64,000 nt of DNA from Pelagibacteraceae bacterium (GCA_022763425.1 JALEGD010000001.1:508572-572571), one strand, 5' to 3'. Numbered from the stretch's first letter, positions 24,623 through 33,978 are shown. The notes: generated by a model from the sequence alone, not told the origin. Program-made: numbers and translations.

Positions 24623-25249
24623 ATGTTAATGTATATTATTGATATGTTTCCAGAAAACTACTTGCTTTTTTTACAAATAATTATTGTGATGTTTGTTACT
24701 CCGGGAGGACCTAGAGTTCTAATCATGTCTCAGTCAATAAATTATGGGTTTAAAAAAAGTTTATGGACAGCTTTTGGTGATGTTACAGCGAATTCTGTGC
24801 AGATGTTACTTGTTCTTTTTGGCTTAAGTGCATTGATAGAAATATTTCCAAATATTGTTTCAGTTTTTAAGTGGGTTGGTATTTCATACATATTATATGT
24901 TGCTTTTGGTTTTTTTAAATCTAAAGCAAACTTAGATATTAAAACTGGAAAACAAATTAAATCTAATACCGCTTTATTTAGAGATGGATTTTTTATTGCT
25001 TTCTTTAGTCCAAAGGCCATCGTTTTTTTTGCTGCTGTGTTCCCAACTTTTTTAACTGGTGAAAATTATATTGCCCACTTTATTATTATGCTTATCAGCT
25101 GGGTAACTTTAGATTTTTTAACACTAGCAATTTACTCAAAGGTAGCTGAAAAAATTATTGATCAATTAAAGTCAAATCCAAAAACATTAAATTATGTTTC
25201 TGCTGCCGCTCTAACTGTTATTGCTTTATTTATTGCTGTAAAAGTTTAA
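24623..25249 (+). CDS. LysE/RhtB-family amino acid efflux protein
   Basis: Six-TM, roughly 200-aa protein with LysE-type N-terminal 'PGGPRVLIMSQSINYGFK' and 'FFSPKAIVFF' blocks. The exact start is ambiguous (ATG at 24623 or 24629). Confidence 0.75.
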   Translation: MLMYIIDMFPENYLLFLQIIIVMFVTPGGPRVLIMSQSINYGFKKSLWTAFGDVTANSVQMLLVLFGLSALIEIFPNIVSVFKWVGISYILYVAFGFFKSKANLDIKTGKQIKSNTALFRDGFFIAFFSPKAIVFFAAVFPTFLTGENYIAHFIIMLISWVTLDFLTLAIYSKVAEKIIDQLKSNPKTLNYVSAAALTVIALFIAVKV

Positions 25250-25318
25250 GACAACTAAAAGTTGTAAGCATTTATATCACTTACTAGTTGATCGAGTTAA
25301 TTTTAAATATATAAATTG

Positions 25319-25338
25319 TTTTAGTTAATTAACTAAAA
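25319..25338. promoter_or_regulatory. Perfect 20-nt palindrome upstream of the ABC substrate-binding gene
   Basis: TTTTAGTTAA|TTAACTAAAA, ending 16 nt before the ATG and just before the 'caggggaga' RBS region. Confidence 0.4.
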
Positions 25339-25354
25339 ACAAACAGGGGAGAAT

Positions 25355-26590
25355 ATGAAAAATCTATATAGATCTATCTTAACTTTCATCTCTGTACTTG
25401 CATTAGTTTTCAGTTTTGGAACTGCAAATGCAAAAGTTGAGGGTGATACAATTATCCTTGGCGCTGCAGTGTCACTAACTGGAAAATATTCTACTAATGG
25501 TGAGCATACTAAAAATGGTTATGAGCTTGCTGTTAAAAGAATTAATGACATGGGCGGAGTTAAAGTAAAAGGAAAGAGCTATAAATTTAAAGTCATATAC
25601 TACGATGATGAGTCTAACTCAAAAAGAGCTGCTCAATTAGCAGAAAGACTTATTAAACAGGATGGCGTTAAATATATGCTTGGACCTTACAGTTCAGGAT
25701 TAACAAAAGCGATTGCACCAGTAACAGAGGAAAATAAAATTCCAATGGTTGAAGCAAACGGTGCATCAAGATCGTTATTTACTAAAGGATATAAATACTT
25801 GTTCGCAGTGTTATCACCTGCAAACCAGTACCTAGAAGTAGCAATCGATCTAGCTGTTGAAAAGAACGGTGGAAAGCCAGTTAGAATTGCACAAGCTTTT
25901 GAGCAAGATGCATTCTCACAAGACGTTAGATTAGGAATTTTAGATGCAGCAAAAAGAACTGGATCAAAAATCATAATCGACGACAAGCTTCCAAAAGAAC
26001 TTAACGATATGGCAGCAACTTTAGCAAAAGTTAAAGCTGTTAAGCCAGACGTTCTTGTTGTGTCAGGTCACTCAAAAGGTGCGTTAACTGCAATCAGACA
26101 AATTGCTGAGATGAAAGTTGATGTTCCAATGTTAGCGATGACACACTGTGACGCTTCAAAATTAGCAAAACAGCATGGTGAAAAATCTCAGTATGCACTA
26201 TGTGCATCTCAGTGGCACAAAACTTTAACTTACAAAGATAAATTCTTTGGTACAGGTATGAAGTACGATGCTGATTTCACTAAAGCTTATGGATATGCAC
26301 CTCCATATCAAGCAGCAGAATCTTCTGCAGCATTATTAGTTTTCAAAGATGCATTTGAAAGAGCTAACTCTTTTGACACAAAAGCAGTTAGAGATGCATT
26401 AGCAAAAACTAATATGCAAACTTTTTATGGAAACGTAAAATTTGGTTCAGGCGGACAAAACGTTGCTAAACCAATGGTGCTTTTCCAAGTTATGTGCAAA
26501 AGTGGTAAGTGTGAAAACGTAGTTGTTGCTCCAACTAAATGGGCAGCGGCTGAGTTAATTCACCCAATACCACCTTGGTCAAAAAGATAA
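25355..26590 (+). CDS. ABC transporter periplasmic substrate-binding protein, Leu/Ile/Val-binding (LivJ-like) family
   Basis: Signal peptide ending 'GTANA', then 'LGAAVSLTGKYSTNGEHTKNGYELAVKRIN..GGV', typical of type-4 periplasmic binding proteins. It heads a livHMGF set. Confidence 0.88.
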   Translation: MKNLYRSILTFISVLALVFSFGTANAKVEGDTIILGAAVSLTGKYSTNGEHTKNGYELAVKRINDMGGVKVKGKSYKFKVIYYDDESNSKRAAQLAERLIKQDGVKYMLGPYSSGLTKAIAPVTEENKIPMVEANGASRSLFTKGYKYLFAVLSPANQYLEVAIDLAVEKNGGKPVRIAQAFEQDAFSQDVRLGILDAAKRTGSKIIIDDKLPKELNDMAATLAKVKAVKPDVLVVSGHSKGALTAIRQIAEMKVDVPMLAMTHCDASKLAKQHGEKSQYALCASQWHKTLTYKDKFFGTGMKYDADFTKAYGYAPPYQAAESSAALLVFKDAFERANSFDTKAVRDALAKTNMQTFYGNVKFGSGGQNVAKPMVLFQVMCKSGKCENVVVAPTKWAAAELIHPIPPWSKR

Positions 26591-26604
26591 CTTAATATAG
26601 AAAT

Positions 26605-26640
26605 TGCCCTCTTCTTAGTTTAGAAGAGGGCAGTTTTTTT
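26605..26640 (+). terminator. Strong intrinsic terminator/attenuator between the binding-protein gene and the permease genes
   Basis: An 11-bp stem, UGCCCUCUUCU / AGAAGAGGGCA (26605-26615 pairs with 26622-26632), with a 6-nt loop. It is followed by G plus U7 (26634-26640), which abuts the AGGAGA SD of livH. Confidence 0.75.
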
Positions 26641-26648
26641 AGGAGAAA

Positions 26649-27542
26649 ATGGATTTTTTAGTATTTCAAGTTCCAGCTTTAACCGCTCAAGCTATCCTTG
26701 ATGGAATTCTTTTGGGAATTTTATTTGCTTTAATTGCTTACGGTATGGCTCTTCAATGGGGAGTGATGAATATTATTAATATTGCTCAAGGAGAACTTGT
26801 AATCATGGGTGGTTACATTGCCTATTTTATGTACATGTCCGGCATTCATCCAGCCTGGGGTATTTTTGTGTCGCCAATCATTATGTATTTTGTCGGAGTA
26901 TTTATTTATAAACTTGTAATAAACAAAGTCGTTGACCGTGACATGTTTATTTCAATTTTAGCAACATTCGGGATTAGTATTTTAATGATGCAATTAATGA
27001 ACTTTGGTTTTGGTTCAGATGTTGTTGTTGCGCAATCAGATTTTGGAACAACAATGTTATTTAATAATTCAGTTACACTTCCAAATTCTAAAATTTTCTC
27101 GGCAGTGGTTAGTATTGCTTGTGCAGTATTATTAACGCTTTATATGAAGAAATCTAAGCTTGGTCGAGCAATTAGAGCAACAGCCCAAAATGCAAGAGCT
27201 GCAAAAATTTTAGGTGTAGATACTGAAAAAGTTTATGCTTCAACTTTTGGAATTAATGCTGCGCTATGTGGTGTTGCTGGTGCATTAGTTGCGATCACAT
27301 TTACTTTACACCCTTATGTTGGGTTGCCTTATACCGTAAGATCTTTCATGATAGTAATTGTTGCAGGTCTTGGAAATTTACCAGGTGTTGCAATTTCTGG
27401 AATGAGTTTAGGAGTATTCGAAGAGTTTGCAGATTATCTACTCGGAACAGAATTTAGGATCGCAACTGTATTCTTTTTATTAGTATTTATTTTGCTTTAC
27501 AGAAGATTTAAACTTGCAAGAAAAAGGGAGTATCTAAAATAA
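26649..27542 (+). CDS. livH: Branched-chain amino acid ABC transporter permease
   Basis: LivH-type permease (297 aa) with 'QGELVIMGGY' and 'RAIRATAQNARAAKILG' blocks. Confidence 0.88.
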   Translation: MDFLVFQVPALTAQAILDGILLGILFALIAYGMALQWGVMNIINIAQGELVIMGGYIAYFMYMSGIHPAWGIFVSPIIMYFVGVFIYKLVINKVVDRDMFISILATFGISILMMQLMNFGFGSDVVVAQSDFGTTMLFNNSVTLPNSKIFSAVVSIACAVLLTLYMKKSKLGRAIRATAQNARAAKILGVDTEKVYASTFGINAALCGVAGALVAITFTLHPYVGLPYTVRSFMIVIVAGLGNLPGVAISGMSLGVFEEFADYLLGTEFRIATVFFLLVFILLYRRFKLARKREYLK

Positions 27543-27546
27543 ACCA

Positions 27547-28611
27547 ATGTTAGCTTTTACAAAAAGAGAACTTTATATCTGTGGTGCACTTTTGTTATTT
27601 TTATTAGTTGCTCCATTTGTATTCGTTAATTTTAAATTACAATTAGCATTTATGTTAATTCTTATCATTCTTGCAATGACATGGAACATTCAAGGTGGAG
27701 AAATGGGTTATAATTCATTTGGAAACATCATGTTTTTTGGTGTTGGAATGTATTTGTGTGCAAGTATGCAAATCGGTTTATATTTTCCTTTAGCTGAATG
27801 GACAGAAAGTGGAGGGGAAAAAACTTTTGTTCACGAACCTGATCAATATTTTAAAGGATTAGCGGTTGGGTTAGCTTTTGCTGCTTTAATCCCACCTATC
27901 ATTGCTGGCTTAATCGGTTATGGAATTTTAGGATTAAGAGGACATTATTTTGCTATTTGTACTTTAGGAATTGGTATTGCATCAGGTGAATTGGCGGGTG
28001 GAATAGAACTCATAGGAGCTGGGCAAGGTATGACAGCACCACCATTCCCTAAAGGTATGGGGGATTTGGAAACTAGGGGAGAATTTTTATACTTCTTGTG
28101 TTTAATTCTTTTGATTGCCACGTTTACTTTTATCAGATGGTTATACACCACAAGATTTAGATTAGTTTTAAATGCTATCAGAGATAATGAAGATAAAGCT
28201 GAAGCGATGGGTATTGAAACCATGCGTTATAAAATTACTGGCTGGATGATCTCAGCATTTTTCTGCGGTTTAGCTGGAGGTCTTGTAGGAACAATGGTTG
28301 GTTACATAGAACCAGTTGAAGTAGCGTTTGATGGAAGAGAGATGGGCGTATTCATGGTATTAATGACAATTCTTGGAGGAAAAGGAACTTTATGGGGACC
28401 AATAATTGGAGCTTCTGCATTTCATATCTTTAAAGAAAGTTTCTGGTCATTATTCTTAGGTTGGCAATATGTAGCTCTTGGAGTCTTGATTATCGTAATC
28501 GTTATTTATTTCCCAGAAGGTTTAATGGGATATTTAAGAGAAAAAAAACCAGAGTGGTTTGGAGAAGTTATTGATGAAAAAGATAGAAAGGCTCAAATAA
28601 GTTTAGATTAA
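27547..28611 (+). CDS. livM: Branched-chain amino acid ABC transporter permease
   Basis: LivM-type permease with 'GLRGHYFAICTLG' and 'LNAIRDNEDKAEAMGI' blocks. Confidence 0.88.
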   Translation: MLAFTKRELYICGALLLFLLVAPFVFVNFKLQLAFMLILIILAMTWNIQGGEMGYNSFGNIMFFGVGMYLCASMQIGLYFPLAEWTESGGEKTFVHEPDQYFKGLAVGLAFAALIPPIIAGLIGYGILGLRGHYFAICTLGIGIASGELAGGIELIGAGQGMTAPPFPKGMGDLETRGEFLYFLCLILLIATFTFIRWLYTTRFRLVLNAIRDNEDKAEAMGIETMRYKITGWMISAFFCGLAGGLVGTMVGYIEPVEVAFDGREMGVFMVLMTILGGKGTLWGPIIGASAFHIFKESFWSLFLGWQYVALGVLIIVIVIYFPEGLMGYLREKKPEWFGEVIDEKDRKAQISLD

Positions 28612-29351
28612 TGGCATTACTTGAAGTTAACAATGTTTCAAAATCTTTTGGCGGTGTAAAAGCCAATGTAGATATTTCACTGCAAGTTGAACAAGGATCT
28701 ATTGTTGGAATTATTGGACCTAATGGTTCTGGAAAGACAACATTATTTAATTCAATAGTTGGAACACATCCAATTGACCAAGGTTCAATTAATTTTGATG
28801 GAAAAGAAATCTCTCAGTTAACCATTCCGTCTATTGCAAAATTAGGATTACTTAGAACTTTTCAGCAAACAAGAATTTATGGAAAACTTAACTGTGTTCA
28901 AAATATGCTCATTTCTCATAAACCAAGAGATGAAACTGTTTTCACAGTTTTTTCAGGAATACCTGCTGACTTAACAGCCAAGGCAGAAGATATTTTAAAA
29001 TTTGTAGGGCTTTACCAAAAAAGAAATTTAAGGGCCGGAGATTTATCTTTTGGTCAGCAAAAACTTTTAGAGTTAGCTATGGCATTAATGAGCGATCCCA
29101 AAATGTTATTACTTGATGAGCCAACTGCAGGAATTAACCCTACCTTAATTAATGGTATCATTAAAAGACTAATTTCTGTGAATAAAGAGTACGGTATTAC
29201 ACTTTTAGTGATTGAGCATAATATGAAAGTTATTATGCAACTAGCTCAAAAAATTTTCTGTGTAGCGCACGGTCAGCTTTTAGCTGAAGGAGATCCAGAT
29301 CAAATTAAAAATGATAAGCGAGTAATTGATGCTTATCTAGGAGCACAATAA
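28611..29351 (+). CDS. livG: Branched-chain amino acid ABC transporter ATP-binding protein
   Basis: Walker A 'GPNGSGKTT', signature 'LSFGQQKLLELA', Walker B 'LLLDEPTAG'; TAATG overlap with livM. Confidence 0.9.
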   Translation: MALLEVNNVSKSFGGVKANVDISLQVEQGSIVGIIGPNGSGKTTLFNSIVGTHPIDQGSINFDGKEISQLTIPSIAKLGLLRTFQQTRIYGKLNCVQNMLISHKPRDETVFTVFSGIPADLTAKAEDILKFVGLYQKRNLRAGDLSFGQQKLLELAMALMSDPKMLLLDEPTAGINPTLINGIIKRLISVNKEYGITLLVIEHNMKVIMQLAQKIFCVAHGQLLAEGDPDQIKNDKRVIDAYLGAQ

Positions 29352-30136
29352 TGGCAGATCAATATTCAGTATTAGGTGCAAAACCAACTAAATCAGATCT
29401 AGAAAAACTCTCATCTGGAGAAACACATGTCACAATTGAAGGTTTAACAGCTGGATATGGCAAAATGGAAATTTTGCATAATATAGATTTATTATGCAGC
29501 AAAGCTCAATCACTTTGTTTAATTGGACCAAATGGAGCAGGCAAGTCAACCATTCTTCATTCTATTTATGGCTTTACAAATATCTTCTCAGGTAAAATTA
29601 ATATTGATGGAAAAGAAGTTACAAATGTAACTCCAGCTGAAAAATTAAAGTCATTCGGTATTGCGTATATTTTACAAGATAACTCTGTATTTCCAGATAT
29701 GACCGTTGAGGAAAATTTATTAATGGGTGGCTATACAAAAGATAAAACAGAAGAAGCTTATGAAGAAGCGCAAAGAGTATTAGAAAAATACGAAAGATTA
29801 AGAAACAGAAGAAACCAACCTGCTAAAGTTTTATCTGGGGGCGAAAGAAGGCTATTAGAAATCTCTAGAGCATTAGTTATGAAACCAAGCGTTTTATTAG
29901 TTGACGAACCATCAATTGGTTTAGAACCAAGATATATTGAAATGGTATTTGAAATTTTAAAAGACCTTCAGCAAAATGAAAAGAAAACAATTATTTTAGT
30001 TGAGCAAAATGCAAAAAAAGGTCTTGAGTTTGCAGATATAGGTTATGTTTTAGTTTCTGGAGAGTTAGCGATTGTTGGAAAAGGTGATGAATTGCTAAAT
30101 AACCCAGATGTCGGTAGATTATTCCTTGGAGGATAA
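29351..30136 (+). CDS. livF: Branched-chain amino acid ABC transporter ATP-binding protein
   Basis: Walker A 'GPNGAGKST', signature 'LSGGERRLLEISRAL', Walker B 'LLVDEPSIGL'; TAATG overlap with livG. Confidence 0.9.
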   Translation: MADQYSVLGAKPTKSDLEKLSSGETHVTIEGLTAGYGKMEILHNIDLLCSKAQSLCLIGPNGAGKSTILHSIYGFTNIFSGKINIDGKEVTNVTPAEKLKSFGIAYILQDNSVFPDMTVEENLLMGGYTKDKTEEAYEEAQRVLEKYERLRNRRNQPAKVLSGGERRLLEISRALVMKPSVLLVDEPSIGLEPRYIEMVFEILKDLQQNEKKTIILVEQNAKKGLEFADIGYVLVSGELAIVGKGDELLNNPDVGRLFLGG

Positions 30137-30144
30137 TCTAAATC

Positions 30145-30849
30145 TTGTTTTCATCACAATCTTTTAAAGACGGAGTTAAGCACGCAATAGGAGTTCCAGC
30201 TCTTGGGCTTGGTTCAAGTATGTTTGCATTTGGTGCTTTTTTACATAGCGCTGGTTTTGATATTTTTCAAAGTTTTTTATCAACCTTTTTTACATTCGCT
30301 TTACCTGGGCAGTTCGTAATGGCAGAGACAATTTTGGCAGGAGGTACATTATTAAATGTTTTCTTAGCTGTCTTACTTACAAATGGCAGGCTTTACCCAA
30401 TGACTGTAAATATTACTCCAATAATAAGAAATAATAATATCCCCAAATGGAAACAATATCTTTCAGCTCATTTTATTGCTGTTACGAGCTGGTTCAATAT
30501 GTTTGCAGTTCACCGTGAAATAAATCAAGAGGATAAGTTTGATTATTTTGTAGGATTAGGAGGATTTTTATGGGCCAATTCTGTTTTATGCACTGTAGCT
30601 GGATATTTATTTTCTAACATAGTCTCTCATGAAATTTTAGTAGGAATGGTTTTTATTAATCCAATGTATTTTCTAATTATGACAGTAAGCAATTTAAAAG
30701 AAAAAAAATTGATTTGTTCAATTCTTGCAGGAGCAATTTTAAGTATTTTATTAAATGATTTATTTCCCGGTTGGTCGGTTTTGATAGCTGGTGTTACCGC
30801 AGGAACTGCAGGTTATTTTTTATTTAAAGAGGAAGTAATAAATGAGTAA
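30145..30849 (+). CDS. azlC: AzlC-family branched-chain amino acid exporter subunit
   Basis: Polytopic 234-aa protein followed by an overlapping small AzlD-like partner. TTG start 8 nt after livF. Confidence 0.7.
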   Translation: MFSSQSFKDGVKHAIGVPALGLGSSMFAFGAFLHSAGFDIFQSFLSTFFTFALPGQFVMAETILAGGTLLNVFLAVLLTNGRLYPMTVNITPIIRNNNIPKWKQYLSAHFIAVTSWFNMFAVHREINQEDKFDYFVGLGGFLWANSVLCTVAGYLFSNIVSHEILVGMVFINPMYFLIMTVSNLKEKKLICSILAGAILSILLNDLFPGWSVLIAGVTAGTAGYFLFKEEVINE

Positions 30850-31168
30850 CCAATTTATTTATTTATCAATTTTAGTTGCAAGTGTTGGTACTTATTTCTG
30901 TAGAGCCTTTGGCGTTTTTAGTGCAAGAAATATAAGTACTGATAGTCCAATTTTTAATTGGATTAAATGCGTATCCATTGGAGTTATATCAGCAGTAATT
31001 GCTAGAATTATTTTATTTCCGGTTGGTATTTTAAGTGAAGCAACTTCGATGAGCAGAATTATATGCACTTTAATAGCTTTAGTTATTTATTTTTCTTTTA
31101 AAAAAAATGTGATATTAGCAGTTTCTGTAAGTGCGATAAGTTTTGCATTAATCAATCATTTTATTTAA
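30842..31168 (+). CDS. azlD: AzlD-family small membrane protein
   Basis: 108-aa, 3-4 TM protein overlapping azlC by 8 nt, the typical azlCD arrangement. Confidence 0.65.
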   Translation: MSNQFIYLSILVASVGTYFCRAFGVFSARNISTDSPIFNWIKCVSIGVISAVIARIILFPVGILSEATSMSRIICTLIALVIYFSFKKNVILAVSVSAISFALINHFI

Positions 31169-32080
31169 ATGAATAATATAACTGGTCTTAATATAAAAAA
31201 TCATATTTCTAGCGATAGACTTGTAGATATTAAAATACAAAATAGTTATTTAGATAAAGTTAAAGAACAATTTGATCAATATGAGCTTATTGATATAGAA
31301 TATAAACCGTTTTTAAGATTTCATATTACTGACATTTTTAATAAAGTTTTTGATGAAAAAATTCAAAATATTATAAAAAAAATTTTAACTGACCGAAAAC
31401 AAGGTGCCTTTGTTATTGGTCCAGAGAAAATGGATGATACAAAATATGATACAGATTTTTTGGTTAAATTATCAACTGCGTTAACACATTTAGTTGGTGT
31501 GCCTAATTTTGATTCTATGTATGGTAAATATTATGCAAGGTTTGAAGTAAAAAACACTGATGATAGCGATAGTTACTTAAGGAAAGCAGCAAAAAAATTA
31601 GACCTTCATACAGATGGCACCTATGTTAAAGAAAAAACAGACTGGTTATTAATGATGAAAATGAAAGAAGAAAACTCCGAAGGAGGAGAGAGCACTTTAT
31701 TGCACCTCGATGATTGGGAAGACTGCGATAAATTTTTTAGTGACCCACTAGGTCAAGAAAATTTTATCTGGGGTTCTCCAAAAAGTAAAAATGTAGAATA
31801 CAAAGTAGAACACCCAATTTTCTCTACAGATAAAAATGGAAAACCTATAATTTCATATATTGATCAATTCCCTGAACCTCAAAGTTTAAAACAAGGATTA
31901 TATTTAAATAATTTATCCGAGTCTCTTGAAGGAAGTAAAAAACATATTGCTTTTAAACTTCCGCCTGGATACTCAATATTTTCAAATAACTATTTTATGC
32001 TTCATGGAAGGAAAGCCTTCAAGCCTCACCCAAAACTTTATAGGGAGCTATTGAGACAAAGAGGCGTTTTCTATAGGTGA
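31169..32080 (+). CDS. CsiD/GlaH-like Fe(II)/2-oxoglutarate-dependent oxygenase (glutarate 2-hydroxylase family)
   Basis: Long collinear resemblance to E. coli CsiD as I recall it: 'YKPFLRFHITD', 'GKYYARFEVKNTDDSDSYLR', 'LDLHTDGTYV', 'DWLLMMK', 'STLLHLDDWE', 'ISYIDQF', 'LHGRKAF.PHP.L.REL.RQRG'. The HxD...H facial triad is present. Confidence 0.75.
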   Translation: MNNITGLNIKNHISSDRLVDIKIQNSYLDKVKEQFDQYELIDIEYKPFLRFHITDIFNKVFDEKIQNIIKKILTDRKQGAFVIGPEKMDDTKYDTDFLVKLSTALTHLVGVPNFDSMYGKYYARFEVKNTDDSDSYLRKAAKKLDLHTDGTYVKEKTDWLLMMKMKEENSEGGESTLLHLDDWEDCDKFFSDPLGQENFIWGSPKSKNVEYKVEHPIFSTDKNGKPIISYIDQFPEPQSLKQGLYLNNLSESLEGSKKHIAFKLPPGYSIFSNNYFMLHGRKAFKPHPKLYRELLRQRGVFYR

Positions 32081-32646
32081 CTAGATTTATAATCTTTTTT
32101 TTAATCATATTTAGTTTAAATGATTTAGTGATGGCTAAAGAAAAAAAAGCATACTTTGCTGGTGGTTGTTTTTGGTGTGTTGAGGAAGCTTTTGAGAAAA
32201 CACCAGGCGTGTTAAGTGCAAACTCAGGATATACTGGTGGTCATGTAAAAAACCCGACATATGAGCAAGTTTCATATACAGAAACTGGTCATTATGAAGC
32301 TGTCGAGGTTGTTTATGACCCAGACAAGGTTTCATATGAGCAATTGCTAGAAGTTTTTTGGAAAAACATAGACCCTTTTGATGCACAAGGTCAATTTTGC
32401 GATAAAGGATCTAGCTATTTATCTGCTGTTTTTTATCAAAATGAAGAAGAAAAAATGGCATATGAAAACTCAAAAGAAAAACTTAAAATTGATCAATCTA
32501 AAATTGCAACTCATCTAAAGCCATTGGATGTTTTTTATCCTGCAGAGGATTACCACCAAGATTATTATAAAAAGAATCCATTGAGATACAAATTTTATAA
32601 AACAAGTTGTGGTCGACAATTAAAATTAAAAAAAATCTGGGATTAA
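32077..32646 (+). CDS. msrA: Peptide-methionine (S)-S-oxide reductase, with N-terminal signal/anchor
   Basis: Active site 'AYFAGGCFWCVEEAF' and 'EDYHQDYY'; hydrophobic N-terminus 'FIIFFLIIFSLNDLVMA'. Confidence 0.92.
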   Translation: MTRFIIFFLIIFSLNDLVMAKEKKAYFAGGCFWCVEEAFEKTPGVLSANSGYTGGHVKNPTYEQVSYTETGHYEAVEVVYDPDKVSYEQLLEVFWKNIDPFDAQGQFCDKGSSYLSAVFYQNEEEKMAYENSKEKLKIDQSKIATHLKPLDVFYPAEDYHQDYYKKNPLRYKFYKTSCGRQLKLKKIWD

Positions 32647-33588
32647 ATGAAAGTTGCAATTTTAGATGATTATCAAAATATCGCGCAATACTTTGCTGAT
32701 TGGGAAAATTCTAACTGTGATATCAAAGTTTTTAATCAACCCTTTGAAAATGAAGATCAAATCATAGAAAATTTAAAAGGCTTTGAAGCTTTACTATTAA
32801 TGAGAGAAAGAACTCCAATGACTAGAAAAATAATAGAGTCTTGCTCAAAATTAAAAATTATTTGTACTGGTGGTATGAGGAATAAATCCATTGATTTACA
32901 AGCAGCAAAAGAAAAAAATATAAAAGTGTGTGGCACTGAAATGAATGTTAACCCAACTGCAGAATTGACTTGGGCTTTAATTTTAGGCCTTGCAAGGAAC
33001 ATAAGGCAGGAGACAGAAAATATGTTCCAAGGGTACTGGCAAACAACTATTGGCACAGAATTAAAAGGCAAGGTGCTTGGATTGGCTGGACTTGGGAAAC
33101 AAGGAACGCAAGTTGCAAATATTGGAAAAGCTTTTGGTATGGAAGTTATAGCTTGGAGTGAAAATTTAAAGATGGCAGATGCCGAAAGTAAAGGTGTGTT
33201 AGCAGTATCAAAAGACGATCTTATAGAAAGATCAGATATTCTTAGTATTCATTTAGTTTTAAGTGAAAGAACAACAAACTTATTTAAGTATGAAGATCTA
33301 AGTAAAATGAAATCTACATCATATATAATTAATACCTCAAGAGGACCAATTATTAATGAAAATGATTTAATTAAAATTTTAGAAGAAGAAAAAATAGCAG
33401 GAGCTGGTTTGGATGTTTATGATATTGAACCTTTACCAGAAAATCATAAGCTTAGATTTCTGCAAAATGCACTTCTTCTTCCTCACCTTGGATACGTTAC
33501 TAAAGAAAATTATTTTACTATGTATTCTCAAATGGCAGAAAATTTAAAAGAATTTATGTCTGGTAATATATTAAGAGAATTAAAATAA
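32647..33588 (+). CDS. D-isomer-specific 2-hydroxyacid dehydrogenase family protein (NAD-binding)
   Basis: Motifs 'GLAGLGKQGTQVA' (GxGxxG), 'INTSRGPII', 'GAGLDVY..EP' and 'PHLGY'. Starts immediately after the msrA stop. Confidence 0.85.
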   Translation: MKVAILDDYQNIAQYFADWENSNCDIKVFNQPFENEDQIIENLKGFEALLLMRERTPMTRKIIESCSKLKIICTGGMRNKSIDLQAAKEKNIKVCGTEMNVNPTAELTWALILGLARNIRQETENMFQGYWQTTIGTELKGKVLGLAGLGKQGTQVANIGKAFGMEVIAWSENLKMADAESKGVLAVSKDDLIERSDILSIHLVLSERTTNLFKYEDLSKMKSTSYIINTSRGPIINENDLIKILEEEKIAGAGLDVYDIEPLPENHKLRFLQNALLLPHLGYVTKENYFTMYSQMAENLKEFMSGNILRELK

Positions 33589-33590
33589 AA

Positions 33591-33977
33591 TTATTTTATA
33601 ACTTTCCAAATTCCTTCAGCAGTTGCTAAAAGTCTGTCATCACATTTGAGTTCTCCGTACATGAATATCAAAGAGCTTGTTTGTTTTTTCATTTTTGCAT
33701 AACCCAAAATAATGTCACCTGGTTTTGAGCCTCCAATAAAATTTATATTTAAACTTATTGTTACTGCTATTCCCTTTATAAACTGATGAGCTGAAGTTCC
33801 CATTCCAGAGTCAAGGACTGACATGATGTAACCGCCATGTGTAGTCCCACTTGCATTCATATGAAAGTCTTGAAGGGTGGTTGTATATTCATATTCAGTA
33901 TCTGAAATTTTTCTAAATTCCAATCCACCATTATGTTTCATGAAACCTACTTTGCTAATATTTCTAAAATTTTCCAT
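33591..33977 (-). CDS. PaaI-family hotdog-fold thioesterase
   Basis: 128 aa with 'GTTHGGYIMSVLDSGMG', typical of PaaI/YbgC-like thioesterases. Confidence 0.75.
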   Translation of the reverse strand: MENFRNISKVGFMKHNGGLEFRKISDTEYEYTTTLQDFHMNASGTTHGGYIMSVLDSGMGTSAHQFIKGIAVTISLNINFIGGSKPGDIILGYAKMKKQTSSLIFMYGELKCDDRLLATAEGIWKVIK

Positions 33978-33978
33978 A

